Virus record (IMG/VR): IMGVR_UViG_3300040959_000769
Location: 64,001-128,000 of that record
Origin: a virus
Reading direction: 5' to 3' (one strand)
DNA: 64,000 nt
Shown here: positions 45,111 through 56,060 of the stretch, one piece after another
How the letters are laid out: each line of letters starts with the position of its first letter
Position numbering within the stretch: the stretch's first letter is position 1
Program-made: the position numbers and the translations under genes
The notes under the pieces: model-generated
The model's database searches: none
Told to the model about the DNA's origin: nothing
What the model saw: only the letters and a program-made list of their open reading frames with translations

Positions 45111-46232
45111 TCAGCCGTCCGTATCAATCCAAAGAGCGTTCGTATCGCTGGGAGCGCTCGTTGAAATATGGATACGCCTCAACCCCAGATCGTTAATTTC
45201 GGTCTCTGTATAGTATCTGCCGTCATGAGTGTGACTATCGTCTTTCACGGTCAGGGTGACGGTTTTGTTGGCACTACCATCAAAAGTGAAACTCCCACTA
45301 ACATCACCCGAGGTCGGGAACGTGATCGTTCTGGCAGTTTCCAACTTGGTTGCCGTAGACGCATTGCCAGTCACAGCACCAGTCAAAGGGCCAGCAAACG
45401 CTGTAGCGGTGACCGTTCCAGAAACATCCAATGCCGTTGACGGATTGCTTTTATTGATGCCCACGCGATCCGCAGAAACATCAACAAACAACGTGTCAGA
45501 ATCAACAGCCAAATCACCAGCAACAGACATCGTGCCACTAGCCGTAACATTCCCAGTAAGAGTGGAAGGGCCAGCAATCGTAAGTGAACCAGTACCAGTC
45601 GTGGACAAGTTTCCGGCAACAGACAACTGGGTCAAACTCAACTTGTCGTACGTGATTGTACTAGATGCAATGTTTGCACCCTTGACCTGATCCCACTTCA
45701 AACCCGTAGAAGTTGAACTGTCAGCGACCAACACATAGTTGTTTGAGCCAACAGACAAGTTCCCTGGCGTGGAAGCTCCAGTAGCAGCATAAATTGAACC
45801 CTTCCCAGTGAGCGTGCTCTTAGCGGCAACGCCACTCAAGTCAGGTGCGGGAAGTTCATGCTGGTGGTCAATGCGAGCAAACTCGTCACGGGTACCAGCA
45901 GAATTAGTTTGACGCAAAGTTCCAGACAGATATCCAACAATGGAACCCGAAGTCGTAGACATTTGGGCGGCGGTGCCGTAAAGGTTTAAGGGTTTCCAAG
46001 AACCGTTCTCATCTTCGGCGGTATAAAAATAAACAACATTGGTTGTTTGATCTAGCCAAAAAGATCGAGCCCATTCGTTAGCAACAGCGACCGGCTGACT
46101 ATCCGAACGCACATACCGAGCAACACGATCCTCAAGGTTCTCGTGAGACTCGTCCATCTGGAGACGAGTAAACGCATCGGTGTCCTGAGTCCACCGATAA
46201 ATTTGTAAGCGTTCTGTTTGAGATACCGTCAT
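45111..46232 (-). CDS. Tail fibre protein
   Basis: Follows the baseplate genes; contains ATKLETARTI...SGDVSGSFTFDG and HTHDGRYYTETE fibre motifs. Confidence 0.75.
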   Translation of the reverse strand: MTVSQTERLQIYRWTQDTDAFTRLQMDESHENLEDRVARYVRSDSQPVAVANEWARSFWLDQTTNVVYFYTAEDENGSWKPLNLYGTAAQMSTTSGSIVGYLSGTLRQTNSAGTRDEFARIDHQHELPAPDLSGVAAKSTLTGKGSIYAATGASTPGNLSVGSNNYVLVADSSTSTGLKWDQVKGANIASSTITYDKLSLTQLSVAGNLSTTGTGSLTIAGPSTLTGNVTASGTMSVAGDLAVDSDTLFVDVSADRVGINKSNPSTALDVSGTVTATAFAGPLTGAVTGNASTATKLETARTITFPTSGDVSGSFTFDGSANKTVTLTVKDDSHTHDGRYYTETEINDLGLRRIHISTSAPSDTNALWIDTDG

Positions 46233-46276
46233 GACAACTCCAAAGTCAGGTCAACACTAATTGTACTACGTCACCA

Positions 46277-47998
46277 TCACAGCGATGCTCTACAAAAATG
46301 TGTAACAACATAGCCAGCAGGTTTACTAAGGTCAATCAAATCTGTCACAACTTCAGCAGCGGTATCGTCCAAACCATTAGGTGTTTCCGCAGTCAAAGTC
46401 TCAACAAGTATCGCCCACTCGTCGCCACCATAATGCTGAGTGATCTCAACAGTCTTCGTGTCACGCAAAAACTGCTTCACCGCCTGCGTCAAAGAATCTA
46501 AAGACCCGCCCTTAAAACCACCATATGCATACTTGATTTGATCTCTATGGAACTCCACCAACGACGAAGTAGCCAAGTCATACAACTCAAGATCAAGCCA
46601 AGATGAATCAACCTGAGTGATCGAACCAGTCGCCGCTTCAGAAACCACGTATGAGCCATACCCAGTTGAATCACTAGCAGCAGACGTCTGCCCGTCATTC
46701 CACTCAATCGTGTTAGCAGAATCGTTCACAGCGGTAATAGTGAACGTTCCATTGAATGATGTATCCGCGACGCCAGAAATCGTGATTAACGTTCCCACCT
46801 GAGCCCAATTCGGAGGATACCCAAGATACTTAGTCGCCCCATCAGACTTTATGTAGCCGACAACGTCACCTGAAGCATCTCGTGTCAAGGATCCCCACTC
46901 AACACCATCGTTAAACACAACCTCGTAGGTGCCAGCAGAAACAGAATTTATTTCATACTGGCCATCAAAACTTGTCGTGCCAGCAATAATCACCGTGTCA
47001 CCAACTTCAGGAGCAGGACTTGGCCAATCACCAGATGCAACGGTCGCCGTAACATCACCACCAGCAACACGATCAATATCAGTCAGATCAATTGAATCAA
47101 AACCATCAGTATCTGCTTCCGCCATCAAATCAGCCCAAGTGGTCAACGCCGTATCACTTGTACCAACCAAGTTGTCCCATGGCGTAGTACCAGACTTTGC
47201 GCCAGTCAAATTCACTCCAACAAACTGAGACAACCAAGGCAAATAATCACCATCAGAAACATCAACATCAACGAGACCACTCAACGTCTCCTGATCATTC
47301 ACATTCTTCCCAGAAGCCAAATCACGATAGCGAAAATGTAAAAACTGCTCAAAAGCTAATCCTGAATACGTTGCACCTACATCAGCAAGTCGTGACATTG
47401 GAAAAGAAGGGAACGTCTGTTCGGAATCCTTTACAACCAGAACTTCAGGCAACAACGGAATGGACTCCCGAACAAACAAATTGTCCATAAACGCAAAATC
47501 AGGCATAACGGTCGGATATGCCAAATAGATAGGAGTGGAAGAAGAATGATCCGAAAAAGTCAAACTGAATGACAAATCAAAGTTCTGACCTTCAGTATCA
47601 GGAATGTCAATACCTAAACTTCGGACAGTAACCCAACGACCCGCAGGGACGCTTACTGTCCGAGAAACATCAGTCAAACCAGAACTAGAAATATCTATTT
47701 GCACCCGAAACGGAGAATTTGATTTAAACAAAGCGTGAAACATGATGTCATCACGCCTATCGTCCAAATCAGTTGTCACATCGTCAAAGACAACGGTGAA
47801 ATCTGAAGTATTTGCTGGAACGATACGTAAAGAGTTCTGACCACCAGAATACGGAATCTCCTCGGCATCAACAGAAATCGTTGCGCTACCAGCAGACACA
47901 GCCCAAGACCCAGGCGAAGACGCAAACATGTAGTCCGCATCCGGCAACTTGTTTACAGCAAAGTAAGCAAGATTCCTGAGTTCTTCACCATGAGCCAT
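46277..47998 (-). CDS. Baseplate wedge / tail protein (gpI-like)
   Basis: Follows baseplate J; YLPWLSQFVGV and YGGFKGGS..L..AVK motifs. Confidence 0.7.
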   Translation of the reverse strand: MAHGEELRNLAYFAVNKLPDADYMFASSPGSWAVSAGSATISVDAEEIPYSGGQNSLRIVPANTSDFTVVFDDVTTDLDDRRDDIMFHALFKSNSPFRVQIDISSSGLTDVSRTVSVPAGRWVTVRSLGIDIPDTEGQNFDLSFSLTFSDHSSSTPIYLAYPTVMPDFAFMDNLFVRESIPLLPEVLVVKDSEQTFPSFPMSRLADVGATYSGLAFEQFLHFRYRDLASGKNVNDQETLSGLVDVDVSDGDYLPWLSQFVGVNLTGAKSGTTPWDNLVGTSDTALTTWADLMAEADTDGFDSIDLTDIDRVAGGDVTATVASGDWPSPAPEVGDTVIIAGTTSFDGQYEINSVSAGTYEVVFNDGVEWGSLTRDASGDVVGYIKSDGATKYLGYPPNWAQVGTLITISGVADTSFNGTFTITAVNDSANTIEWNDGQTSAASDSTGYGSYVVSEAATGSITQVDSSWLDLELYDLATSSLVEFHRDQIKYAYGGFKGGSLDSLTQAVKQFLRDTKTVEITQHYGGDEWAILVETLTAETPNGLDDTAAEVVTDLIDLSKPAGYVVTHFCRASL

Positions 47999-49428
47999 CA
48001 GATGGCTCCTACCGTCACAGTTGCCTCAGGCAGAATCCCCCGATAGTTGAAAACAATGTCACCAGTTCCGCCGTCCACCACAGCAAGAAGTTCACCACTC
48101 TCAAGAGCCAACGTAACGCTGTCAACATATTCAACGCCAGCAACCTGTGATGCCCGGCTCAAAACAGAGTTTGCTCGAATTCTGCTACCCCAATCCCAAA
48201 CATCTGGACTCAGCATGCTCGTCACCGCAGTATCAACAGCGGCTCGGACACTAACTTCTTCAAAATCTGCAAGAACGGAAATATCAATCGTTGCCTCAAC
48301 AGGAACAATCAAAGCATCCGTGGTGTCAAAAATTAGACCCGCAACAACTTTCCCGCTGACGTCCAACTCAATTGCAACACGGTCAGTGCCATCAACAGCC
48401 GCCCCTTCTTCGCCAGCCACAACACAAGTGACATAACCACCGGTCGCAGAAGCAGACGTAGCCAAACTGTCCAAAAATTCAACAGTGAAAGAGTCCCCAG
48501 TCACGCTAGCTCCACCGGTGACACTTGTAGGAGTGCCTACAACCACCGTGGATGACGTAGTAGACGTCACGTTGTAGTTCGTGTTGAATTGTGTTTCCGA
48601 ACAACCATACACACGGATGATGTCACCAGACTGTGGTGCAGGGACGAGTGCAGTTGGGTCAAAATCAAGATCAAACGTTATAGACCCGCTGCTTTCCGTT
48701 GCAGCGTTCGCCAAACCAGACAACAAGAACGTGGTATCTAGCGTTTTCGCTCTGAACACATCCGGATAATTCACCAAAACGTAGTTAGTGATCTGAGAAG
48801 CCGTAGCAAGCGACGAGTTGAGAGTTGCCAAATATGCTCGACCACGGGTGAAATAGTCGGCATCAGACTCGCTTGCTCCACCTTGGGTGAGCGTGCCGCT
48901 GAACTGGGCTGACAGCAAACGGTTGCTGGCGGTGGCAATCAGTAGCGTGTCACCATTAGATATGGTCGGTTTCTGGCCTGACAACGCTGCCGTCATTGCT
49001 ACAGCCGCTGACTGCGTGTTGCCAGAAGTGATAGTTATCGCAGTGTCGGTTGAAAACACGTGGTTAATCGTTCCAGTGTCAACAACCTCGCGGTACACGA
49101 CCTGTGTTCCGGCAGGAATAGTGACACCAGCATCGTCAATGGCTGTGAAAATTACTGCACCAGTAGCAAAAGTGGCTTCTGTTCGTTCAAATTCAAGTAG
49201 ACGGAGGATACCCTCCATCAGACCGTCGGGCAAACGGTTAATAGCACCACTCATCACCCCGCCGACATATGAAAACGCCTGCAACAGAGCATCTTCAACC
49301 GTTCCGGTTCGAGGAGAAAACTCAGGCAACGCCGTACGGGCATATGTCACCGCTCCCTGATAAATATCGTCAGGTTGAACGTCATTAATCGTCAAATCAA
49401 CGAAGTCGCTGAAATCTGGAGATGCCAT
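47998..49428 (-). CDS. Baseplate J-like protein
   Basis: IPAGTQV, GGASESDADY, SQVAGVEYV. Confidence 0.85.
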   Translation of the reverse strand: MASPDFSDFVDLTINDVQPDDIYQGAVTYARTALPEFSPRTGTVEDALLQAFSYVGGVMSGAINRLPDGLMEGILRLLEFERTEATFATGAVIFTAIDDAGVTIPAGTQVVYREVVDTGTINHVFSTDTAITITSGNTQSAAVAMTAALSGQKPTISNGDTLLIATASNRLLSAQFSGTLTQGGASESDADYFTRGRAYLATLNSSLATASQITNYVLVNYPDVFRAKTLDTTFLLSGLANAATESSGSITFDLDFDPTALVPAPQSGDIIRVYGCSETQFNTNYNVTSTTSSTVVVGTPTSVTGGASVTGDSFTVEFLDSLATSASATGGYVTCVVAGEEGAAVDGTDRVAIELDVSGKVVAGLIFDTTDALIVPVEATIDISVLADFEEVSVRAAVDTAVTSMLSPDVWDWGSRIRANSVLSRASQVAGVEYVDSVTLALESGELLAVVDGGTGDIVFNYRGILPEATVTVGAI

Positions 49429-49429
49429 C

Positions 49430-49729
49430 TTAGTTCCTCACTCCGAATTGGATGTCAACTTGGGTTTCCCCGTTTTCAGACACCCTAACTTCAGACGTTC
49501 TGATAAAGATCTCTGGGATCTGAGTCGCGGCGTTCAAAGCCAGTTGTCGAGTCAAACTTTCCGAAAATGTTGCGTCAGTCACCCCATAAGTTGGCGTCAG
49601 CGGCAACTCACCAGGCTGAATCTGTGCTGTCAACGCCAAAATTTGGGCATAGTACTCATCACTACCGTCAACAAGCTTGCTGATTTCACCGTTTTTCTCA
49701 AACCGGATAGGGAAACGCAATGAGTCCAT
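49430..49729 (-). CDS. Baseplate wedge gp25-like protein
   Basis: LRFPIRF...QPGELPLTPTYG; size and position upstream of J. Confidence 0.75.
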   Translation of the reverse strand: MDSLRFPIRFEKNGEISKLVDGSDEYYAQILALTAQIQPGELPLTPTYGVTDATFSESLTRQLALNAATQIPEIFIRTSEVRVSENGETQVDIQFGVRN

Positions 49730-49758
49730 TGTTATATTTTGCCACGCTTACAGGCGCA

Positions 49759-50076
49759 TCAGAGGATGGCACCAAGAACAACAACCTCATCTAAAGAATT
49801 GTTAATAAAGGCGCATAGGACATTTCTTCCTACTGCTGGAACCTGATCAATGTCAGTCACTACGGGAGAAGAATCTCCAGTTAGGGCGGTCGTTGAACTG
49901 TAGGAAGCAACCCCGGCGAGAACCGATGAAGGTCCGAAAGCGAAACCTGGAGAAACCGCAGGGATCTCCACCCAAACCTGCTTGCCATCAACTTTTCGGA
50001 CAATGCCCACATAAAAGCCGTTTGTCGTAAGAGACGTTGACGCAGTCCTATTTCTGGAGGTGTAAGAATTAGCCAT
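49759..50076 (-). CDS. Baseplate spike (gpV/gp5 OB-fold-like)
   Basis: YVGIVRKV...VWVEIP...PAVGRNVLCAF....VVLG. Confidence 0.7.
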   Translation of the reverse strand: MANSYTSRNRTASTSLTTNGFYVGIVRKVDGKQVWVEIPAVSPGFAFGPSSVLAGVASYSSTTALTGDSSPVVTDIDQVPAVGRNVLCAFINNSLDEVVVLGAIL

Positions 50077-50082
50077 AGTTTA

Positions 50083-51636
50083 TCAAATCGGGGTAGAAGG
50101 AAAATACTGACCGTCGAACACGGCGAGTGATGACGGAATGATACGCGACCTGAAATAGGTGAGAACCCGGTACTCAATGCTGCTTGAACCATAATCAGCA
50201 AGAGCCTTATCCATCGCCTTATTTTTGGCTGACGTATTGTTCAGATTGTAAACCGCTAAAGCAGTCTCATAAATCTTATTCAAACTGCTGTCAACGCCAA
50301 CAATGCTAACTCCAAGTAATTGAATGTAATAATTCCGCATGTCGGTCTTGAGTTTTGACGGCAACGACAAACCTCTAATCAACCCCTGCTTTGCTTTCAA
50401 ATCAGCCCTCACGTGACCTAACGCCCTGCCAGGAATGTACTTGTACCCCTTGTTGGTCGAATTGCTAACTACAGCAGCGATCATTTCGTCAACCTGCTGC
50501 TCAGTTGTTGCTGTCTGCCAAATACTGTCCGCCTGACGCAGGGTGTAATCAATAACGTTCTTTGTCTCTTTCATCTGATACTCGGCTCGCGAAACGTTGG
50601 CAGCAGAAGGCGGAGGGGCAGACGGAGAGTAATATTTCTTGACGTAGTCAGAAATCTTGTTCTTGATTGAATCAGGCAAACCAAGATTGTTGTTGTAATC
50701 GGAAGGACTACTATTGCCACCAACCCCAGAACCAGACTGAGGAGGATCAGGATCATCAGGGCTTCTAAATTGAACCCGTACAGGATCAGGTACACCCTCA
50801 TCAAACTCAACAGCAGTGATCAAATACAAAGCTTCAAAATCAGGTATACCCAGCAAAGAAATAGTCATACCTGGTCGCAACTTCACACCGTTGACACGCT
50901 CAATTTCAAAAGAGCCCTCTCCAAGTTTCCAATCATCATCAGACTTGGACACCGAAGGCATACCAATCAACCGGTAACGAGAAGATGCACCAGGAAATTT
51001 TGATTCTGGAGGTGATGGCCACTGAATCGGTATGAACTGGTTATCACCATAAACGTACGACGGATCACCCCACTTGCCAAGCAAATGTTCCTGCGACGTG
51101 AAAAATAAAATGTTTTGTGTCTCAAAGACGGTGAACTGGTTTTCTCCAGCGACACGGTTCAACACGTCCCAAACCGACTCGTCAACCCTGCTACTTGAGC
51201 CTTTAACAATGTTTTTCGCCTCGTTCGTTTCCTGACCAAAAAATTCCATGTTGAAACGAGCAGCAATCGTGCTTGCAAACTCGGTAGGTGACAATCCAGA
51301 AAAAGCCTCCGGATCTTTGTCACGCTTCATCAACTGGATATTCTTAGAACGAGCAGCAATCGTGTAAACCGGATACGAGCTCTGATCTTGAGAAACCTCA
51401 ACTCGAGAAATCTCAAACATGAGATCGCGGTAGTAAACGTTCCTACGCAACTGGAAATAGTTGTTAGCACCAAAACCGAAATCTTTGTCAATGACAGTGA
51501 ACTGAATTTCACTTGACGCATCCATCGTCAAAGAAACAGACATCTGAGTAATGAACGGCGAGATGTCACCAGCGTTCTGCGTGGAGGTCTCACCAATTGA
51601 AATGATGTCGGAATCAATAAGGTCAAACGTCGCCAT
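50083..51636 (-). CDS. Baseplate hub (gp27/late-control-D-like)
   Basis: ESVWDVLNRVAGENQF..FET, LRPGMTI.L.G....YLIT.V; position after the tape measure. Confidence 0.75.
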   Translation of the reverse strand: MATFDLIDSDIISIGETSTQNAGDISPFITQMSVSLTMDASSEIQFTVIDKDFGFGANNYFQLRRNVYYRDLMFEISRVEVSQDQSSYPVYTIAARSKNIQLMKRDKDPEAFSGLSPTEFASTIAARFNMEFFGQETNEAKNIVKGSSSRVDESVWDVLNRVAGENQFTVFETQNILFFTSQEHLLGKWGDPSYVYGDNQFIPIQWPSPPESKFPGASSRYRLIGMPSVSKSDDDWKLGEGSFEIERVNGVKLRPGMTISLLGIPDFEALYLITAVEFDEGVPDPVRVQFRSPDDPDPPQSGSGVGGNSSPSDYNNNLGLPDSIKNKISDYVKKYYSPSAPPPSAANVSRAEYQMKETKNVIDYTLRQADSIWQTATTEQQVDEMIAAVVSNSTNKGYKYIPGRALGHVRADLKAKQGLIRGLSLPSKLKTDMRNYYIQLLGVSIVGVDSSLNKIYETALAVYNLNNTSAKNKAMDKALADYGSSSIEYRVLTYFRSRIIPSSLAVFDGQYFPSTPI

Positions 51637-52352
51637 TACTGATCACCGATCAAAGGACCACCCTGTTCCGCCCACGCATCAGTCCACTTAATGAAATCTT
51701 CTTCCTTGCTACCGCCACTGCCGTCAGGATTCTGAGGCTTAGGATCATCCGTGTATTCAATCGGAGGGAGTTCAACAATTGAAATGTCAGGGTTGATGTT
51801 CTCAACCAAACTCATACTTACCTGAGCAGAAACAATCTTTCCAGCAGCATTGCGGCGCATAGATTCAAACGATAGATCAGTGATTGACCAGAACGGCGCA
51901 GACTCAGAAACAGTCTCAGCGAACTCGCTACCCAAAAACTGATCGGCGTACACAAACGTTACAGGTCGCCCACTCTGAGAAATACGACGCACCAAATCCA
52001 AATCGCCTTCAACATCCAAAAACATTCCATCAAACGGAACAGCAATCAAAAACTCAATAGACACCTGACGAGAACGGTACGCAGAGAAAGCAACCAAAGG
52101 CTTCCTGCCAGGACGACGAATCTGAGTGATCTCCGGAGACATCTCCGAATACGAAATCTGTTGAGGCGGAAACGCAAACTTGAACTCAAGCGGCTGATCA
52201 GTCAACGAACCAAACGCCGCAATCATCTCCAAATATCGAACATCATCACTACGAGTAACTGTTGAGCCACTAGGAGTAATAGCCGCACCAGCCGCAGACG
52301 AATTACGCGCAGCAGGAGTCAAACGTAACGAACGAGTATCAGACCTAGCCAT
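51636..52352 (-). CDS. Tail tube initiator / baseplate-associated protein
   Basis: F.F.FPPQQISY...IRRPGRKPLV, W.ITDLSF...A.VSMSL.E; between the TMP and the hub. Confidence 0.65.
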   Translation of the reverse strand: MARSDTRSLRLTPAARNSSAAGAAITPSGSTVTRSDDVRYLEMIAAFGSLTDQPLEFKFAFPPQQISYSEMSPEITQIRRPGRKPLVAFSAYRSRQVSIEFLIAVPFDGMFLDVEGDLDLVRRISQSGRPVTFVYADQFLGSEFAETVSESAPFWSITDLSFESMRRNAAGKIVSAQVSMSLVENINPDISIVELPPIEYTDDPKPQNPDGSGGSKEEDFIKWTDAWAEQGGPLIGDQ

Positions 52353-55300
52353 CAGGAACGCTCCCTCATCATCTGCGCCTGACGCTCAATCCGTCGAGCA
52401 ACAGCCATCGCAACCGCTTCCTCATTCATGCCCGGTGCAGCATTCACAGTCACGTTGATAGTTGACGCACCACCACCCATGCCGGAAGAAACATTTGCAG
52501 GTGAATACGTATCGCCGTGAGGTGGCACGACGTGAAGATGACGGTTAGTTGTTCCACCGTGGAACTCTGCGTATCCGCCAGCGTTCTTCATCGCCTGCTG
52601 ATACAAACCAAGGTTATTACCCACCATGTCAATGGCATTACCTGTTGCATGATCGGATGACATGGAGCCAAGGTTGAATGAACGCAAACCAGAAGTGATC
52701 GTTCTCTTGCCTGCAATCCCACCGGAGAGACGATTGTGAGTGCTTAGTGTTTGATCGTAACGCGATGTAGCGGTGTCACCCCAGTTGAATGGGTTTGCCC
52801 AGCCAAGCCAGTTGCCGTCGTCAAACCACGTATCGCCATCAAATGGGTTCAGGAAACTACCGATTTTCCCTAGACCATTACCGAAAGATGACCAGAAACC
52901 GCCGTTACTTCCAAACTCCTGCTGGATAGTGGTGCGGAACTCGTTGATTGAATCGTTGAAGTTCTGAACTGCTTGATCAAACGGTTCAATCATGTCCTTG
53001 CCGAGCAGTTCAGCCATGTTGTCCAGAAATATTTGTTCCTGCTCTTTTTGGGTTTCAAGCAACTCCAGATTGTCTACGTTCAATCCAGCACTTTCAAGCA
53101 CATTGCTAACTGCGAATTGTGGACTAGCGACACCCAAAGCCCTCTCCGTCGCAAAATTCTCCTGAATTTGTTGTTCCCTGAGGATATTCCCGGCTTGAAC
53201 CAACTCACTTACACTCATGGCTTCCAACTGGGATCGAATAGACCCGGCATCAACAGCAACACCGATAGCCGTAGCTTCGGTAATAACATTTGCCAGCAAC
53301 TGATCAATAACAGCGCCGGACGTTCCACCGATCACATCTTGGATTGCTTGACCACCTACACCAGCGAGCAAATCTCCTTGCATTCCGGCAAGAGCGCCAC
53401 CTTGTCCAAACTGGACACCACCTTCACCGATGTTGGCAGCAAAGTACTGGAGTGCCCGCAACGGATCACCTTCACCGACCAAAGAAGCCTGCACACCAGC
53501 AGCCTCAATAACAGCCAGGCGATCTGCGTCAGTAACAGCACCAGCAGCAACCTTTTCAGCAAATGTGCGAGTTACCTCATCAATTGCCGCTTCGCTCTCA
53601 ATGAGCGCGCTACGTTGACGCACACTTGATAAAGAACTTGCGAAAGCGTTTGAAATTGAAGCATTAAACTCGTCACCCCACTTGCCAACAACCAAGCCGG
53701 TTTCAATCATGATTTCTTGCAACGAAATGAACTTGTCACTCAGATCAACGTCGGCTGCTCGAGCAACTGCCTGTATCTCGCCTTCTGTCATGCCGAGCAT
53801 TTTTGCGAGATCTCTTGATCGGCGACGACCCAAATCAATTGACTCATTCAACTTGCCGCTCTCTTCAAGCCACGCCCTGGCACCCTCCTGAGTAAACAAC
53901 TCACTTTCAGAAAGCCCATTAGCAACTTCATAAGCGATCTGACTGAACTCGCCCATCCGATCTTCGGCGGCATCAAAATAGTTACGAGAAACAAAAACAT
54001 CCTGAACTTGTTCCCCATACCCCTTAGCAAAATTAGACGCAGCGTCCTTAATATCATTCTTGAAACTTTGACCGCCAAAATATCCAGCGATTCCACCAAC
54101 TATCGCACCACCAATAGCACCAACAGCAGTACCCAAACCAGGGATAACCGAACCAAGAGCAGCACCAGTCAAAGCACCGCCACCTGCGCCACCCAAAACT
54201 GCGCCAGTTGTTCCGCCACCAGATCGCATAAAGAAATTACCGATAGCCGAACCAGCCATATACGAACCGGCACCAACAGCCAAAGCACCAGTGGCTCTTC
54301 CCGCTGCGCCAGTCCTCATCGCCTGACCCAGACGTCCACTACCAGAAGCCGCTCTACCTACAAACGGAAGAGCAAAACCAGCGGCAGCACCAGCCGGACC
54401 AAGAGCACCTAAAGTGCCAATTAAGTTAGACAAACCGGCAACAAGCGAAGAGATGACATCAACAATCTGAGTGAGAATAGGAAGAACTTTGAAGAACGCT
54501 TCACGAATAGCACGGAATAACTCAAAGATGTTGTCAATAAGGCCACCTAGAGCAGAACCGAACTCCAGCAACTGCTCTTTATTGTCCACCACCAGATCAG
54601 CGAAGTTTTCAAAGCCTTGAGACAACCCGCCACCAATAGCGCGAAGGATCTCGCCGAAGAATTCATTGATGACACTTGACGCTTCACTGAACTCGTTCAA
54701 AAACTTGCTGAAACGCTCAGATGTGTCAGAGAAAAAACCAGTGAATCTGCGCCAGCCGTTAACGAAGTTAGTCATAACTTCTTCAGTTTTAGGTAGATAC
54801 TCGTTGAACAACTTGGCGGTGAACAAACCAAGTTTGTCAATCGCTCCCACAAGTGTCTCAACAAACGGACCAGACGCAAACGCCTGCAAATTGCCAGTGA
54901 TTGAAACAACTGTCCGGAAAATTATCCGGCGAATATCCTCAAACGCCTCCTGCACCTGAGGCAAAAAGTTATTACCAATGTCACCAAACAGCACTTGTAT
55001 CTCAGTGCCGAAAGACTTCAACTGTCCAATCAGCGTGCCTGAAACAGTGCCCGCAGCACCCTCAATACCAGCCTGACGAGCCAACTCGCCAGAAGAAATA
55101 GCAGCAATGATTTCCTCGTTGGACTTCTTGCCGCCCTCAATCATCGCCTTATAAGACTTTTCAAACTCTGGCCCCAACTCTCGAGCAGCAGTCAACATCT
55201 GCTCGCCACCAGAAGCCTTACCAGCCTGCAACAAAGAAATAACCTGAGCAGCCGCTTGCAAACCCTTCTCCATGTCACCTGACGTAGCAGCAAAGTCAGC

Positions 55301-56026
55301 CAAACCACGCAAACCAGTAACCGTCTGACCCGTAACTCGAGCATTCTTGGAAGCAGCAGCAAAAGCACCTGTCAAAGCCTGGACACCAAAAACAGCCAAC
55401 TGAGCGTCACCCTGCATCGCCCGCAAACCACGGCTAGCAGACGCAAACTGACCGCCATACGAACCGACACTCTGAGCGGCAGCGAACTGACGCATAGCCG
55501 CAGCAAACGTTGCAGCCAAAGCAGCAACCCCAGCGGCAGCGTTAGCAGCAGCAACACCGACACCACGAACAGACGCCTGATAGCCCCTTGACAAGAGCTG
55601 ACCTGTCTTCAACAGCAAGTTCACCGAAGACAAAGCCGCAGCATAAGCAAGAGTTTCAATACCAGCAGCCTTGAACGCGAACGTCAACAACTTCATCATG
55701 CCTTGTAAGCCCTTGGCTCCCTTTTTACCGGCACCAAAAGTTCGGTTCAGGCGATTGTGAGAACGGTTATACCTATCCGTGTCGCGCTCGGCATCTTTAG
55801 TTGTCTTATTGTATTTACGTAACTCTTTGTCGTTATCGCTAATGGATTTATTCAGACTTCGCTGACGCTTCTCCATAGCGTCAAACCGGTCATTCAAATC
55901 GCTAAACGTTTTCTCACACGCCTCAGCCTGAGCGCACATCGCAGCAAGTTTGCGTTGAACCCGATCAATAGCAGAAGTATCAGCCCTGACATTGATCTTA
56001 ATTGTTACACGTTCTTGGTCCGCCAT
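52352..56026 (-). CDS. Tape measure protein (1224 aa) with a C-terminal LAS/M15-like peptidase motif
   Basis: Long Ala/Gly-rich helical ORF after the chaperones; SDHATGNAID...HLHV. Confidence 0.9.
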   Translation of the reverse strand: MADQERVTIKINVRADTSAIDRVQRKLAAMCAQAEACEKTFSDLNDRFDAMEKRQRSLNKSISDNDKELRKYNKTTKDAERDTDRYNRSHNRLNRTFGAGKKGAKGLQGMMKLLTFAFKAAGIETLAYAAALSSVNLLLKTGQLLSRGYQASVRGVGVAAANAAAGVAALAATFAAAMRQFAAAQSVGSYGGQFASASRGLRAMQGDAQLAVFGVQALTGAFAAASKNARVTGQTVTGLRGLADFAATSGDMEKGLQAAAQVISLLQAGKASGGEQMLTAARELGPEFEKSYKAMIEGGKKSNEEIIAAISSGELARQAGIEGAAGTVSGTLIGQLKSFGTEIQVLFGDIGNNFLPQVQEAFEDIRRIIFRTVVSITGNLQAFASGPFVETLVGAIDKLGLFTAKLFNEYLPKTEEVMTNFVNGWRRFTGFFSDTSERFSKFLNEFSEASSVINEFFGEILRAIGGGLSQGFENFADLVVDNKEQLLEFGSALGGLIDNIFELFRAIREAFFKVLPILTQIVDVISSLVAGLSNLIGTLGALGPAGAAAGFALPFVGRAASGSGRLGQAMRTGAAGRATGALAVGAGSYMAGSAIGNFFMRSGGGTTGAVLGGAGGGALTGAALGSVIPGLGTAVGAIGGAIVGGIAGYFGGQSFKNDIKDAASNFAKGYGEQVQDVFVSRNYFDAAEDRMGEFSQIAYEVANGLSESELFTQEGARAWLEESGKLNESIDLGRRRSRDLAKMLGMTEGEIQAVARAADVDLSDKFISLQEIMIETGLVVGKWGDEFNASISNAFASSLSSVRQRSALIESEAAIDEVTRTFAEKVAAGAVTDADRLAVIEAAGVQASLVGEGDPLRALQYFAANIGEGGVQFGQGGALAGMQGDLLAGVGGQAIQDVIGGTSGAVIDQLLANVITEATAIGVAVDAGSIRSQLEAMSVSELVQAGNILREQQIQENFATERALGVASPQFAVSNVLESAGLNVDNLELLETQKEQEQIFLDNMAELLGKDMIEPFDQAVQNFNDSINEFRTTIQQEFGSNGGFWSSFGNGLGKIGSFLNPFDGDTWFDDGNWLGWANPFNWGDTATSRYDQTLSTHNRLSGGIAGKRTITSGLRSFNLGSMSSDHATGNAIDMVGNNLGLYQQAMKNAGGYAEFHGGTTNRHLHVVPPHGDTYSPANVSSGMGGGASTINVTVNAAPGMNEEAVAMAVARRIERQAQMMRERS

Positions 56027-56060
56027 GAACGGGCTCCATCAGGGCTACAGGTGTCGATTA

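Noticed and set aside
34642-46232. Diversity-generating retroelement acting on the fibres
   Set aside because: No reverse transcriptase and no template/variable repeat pair differing at adenines was seen.
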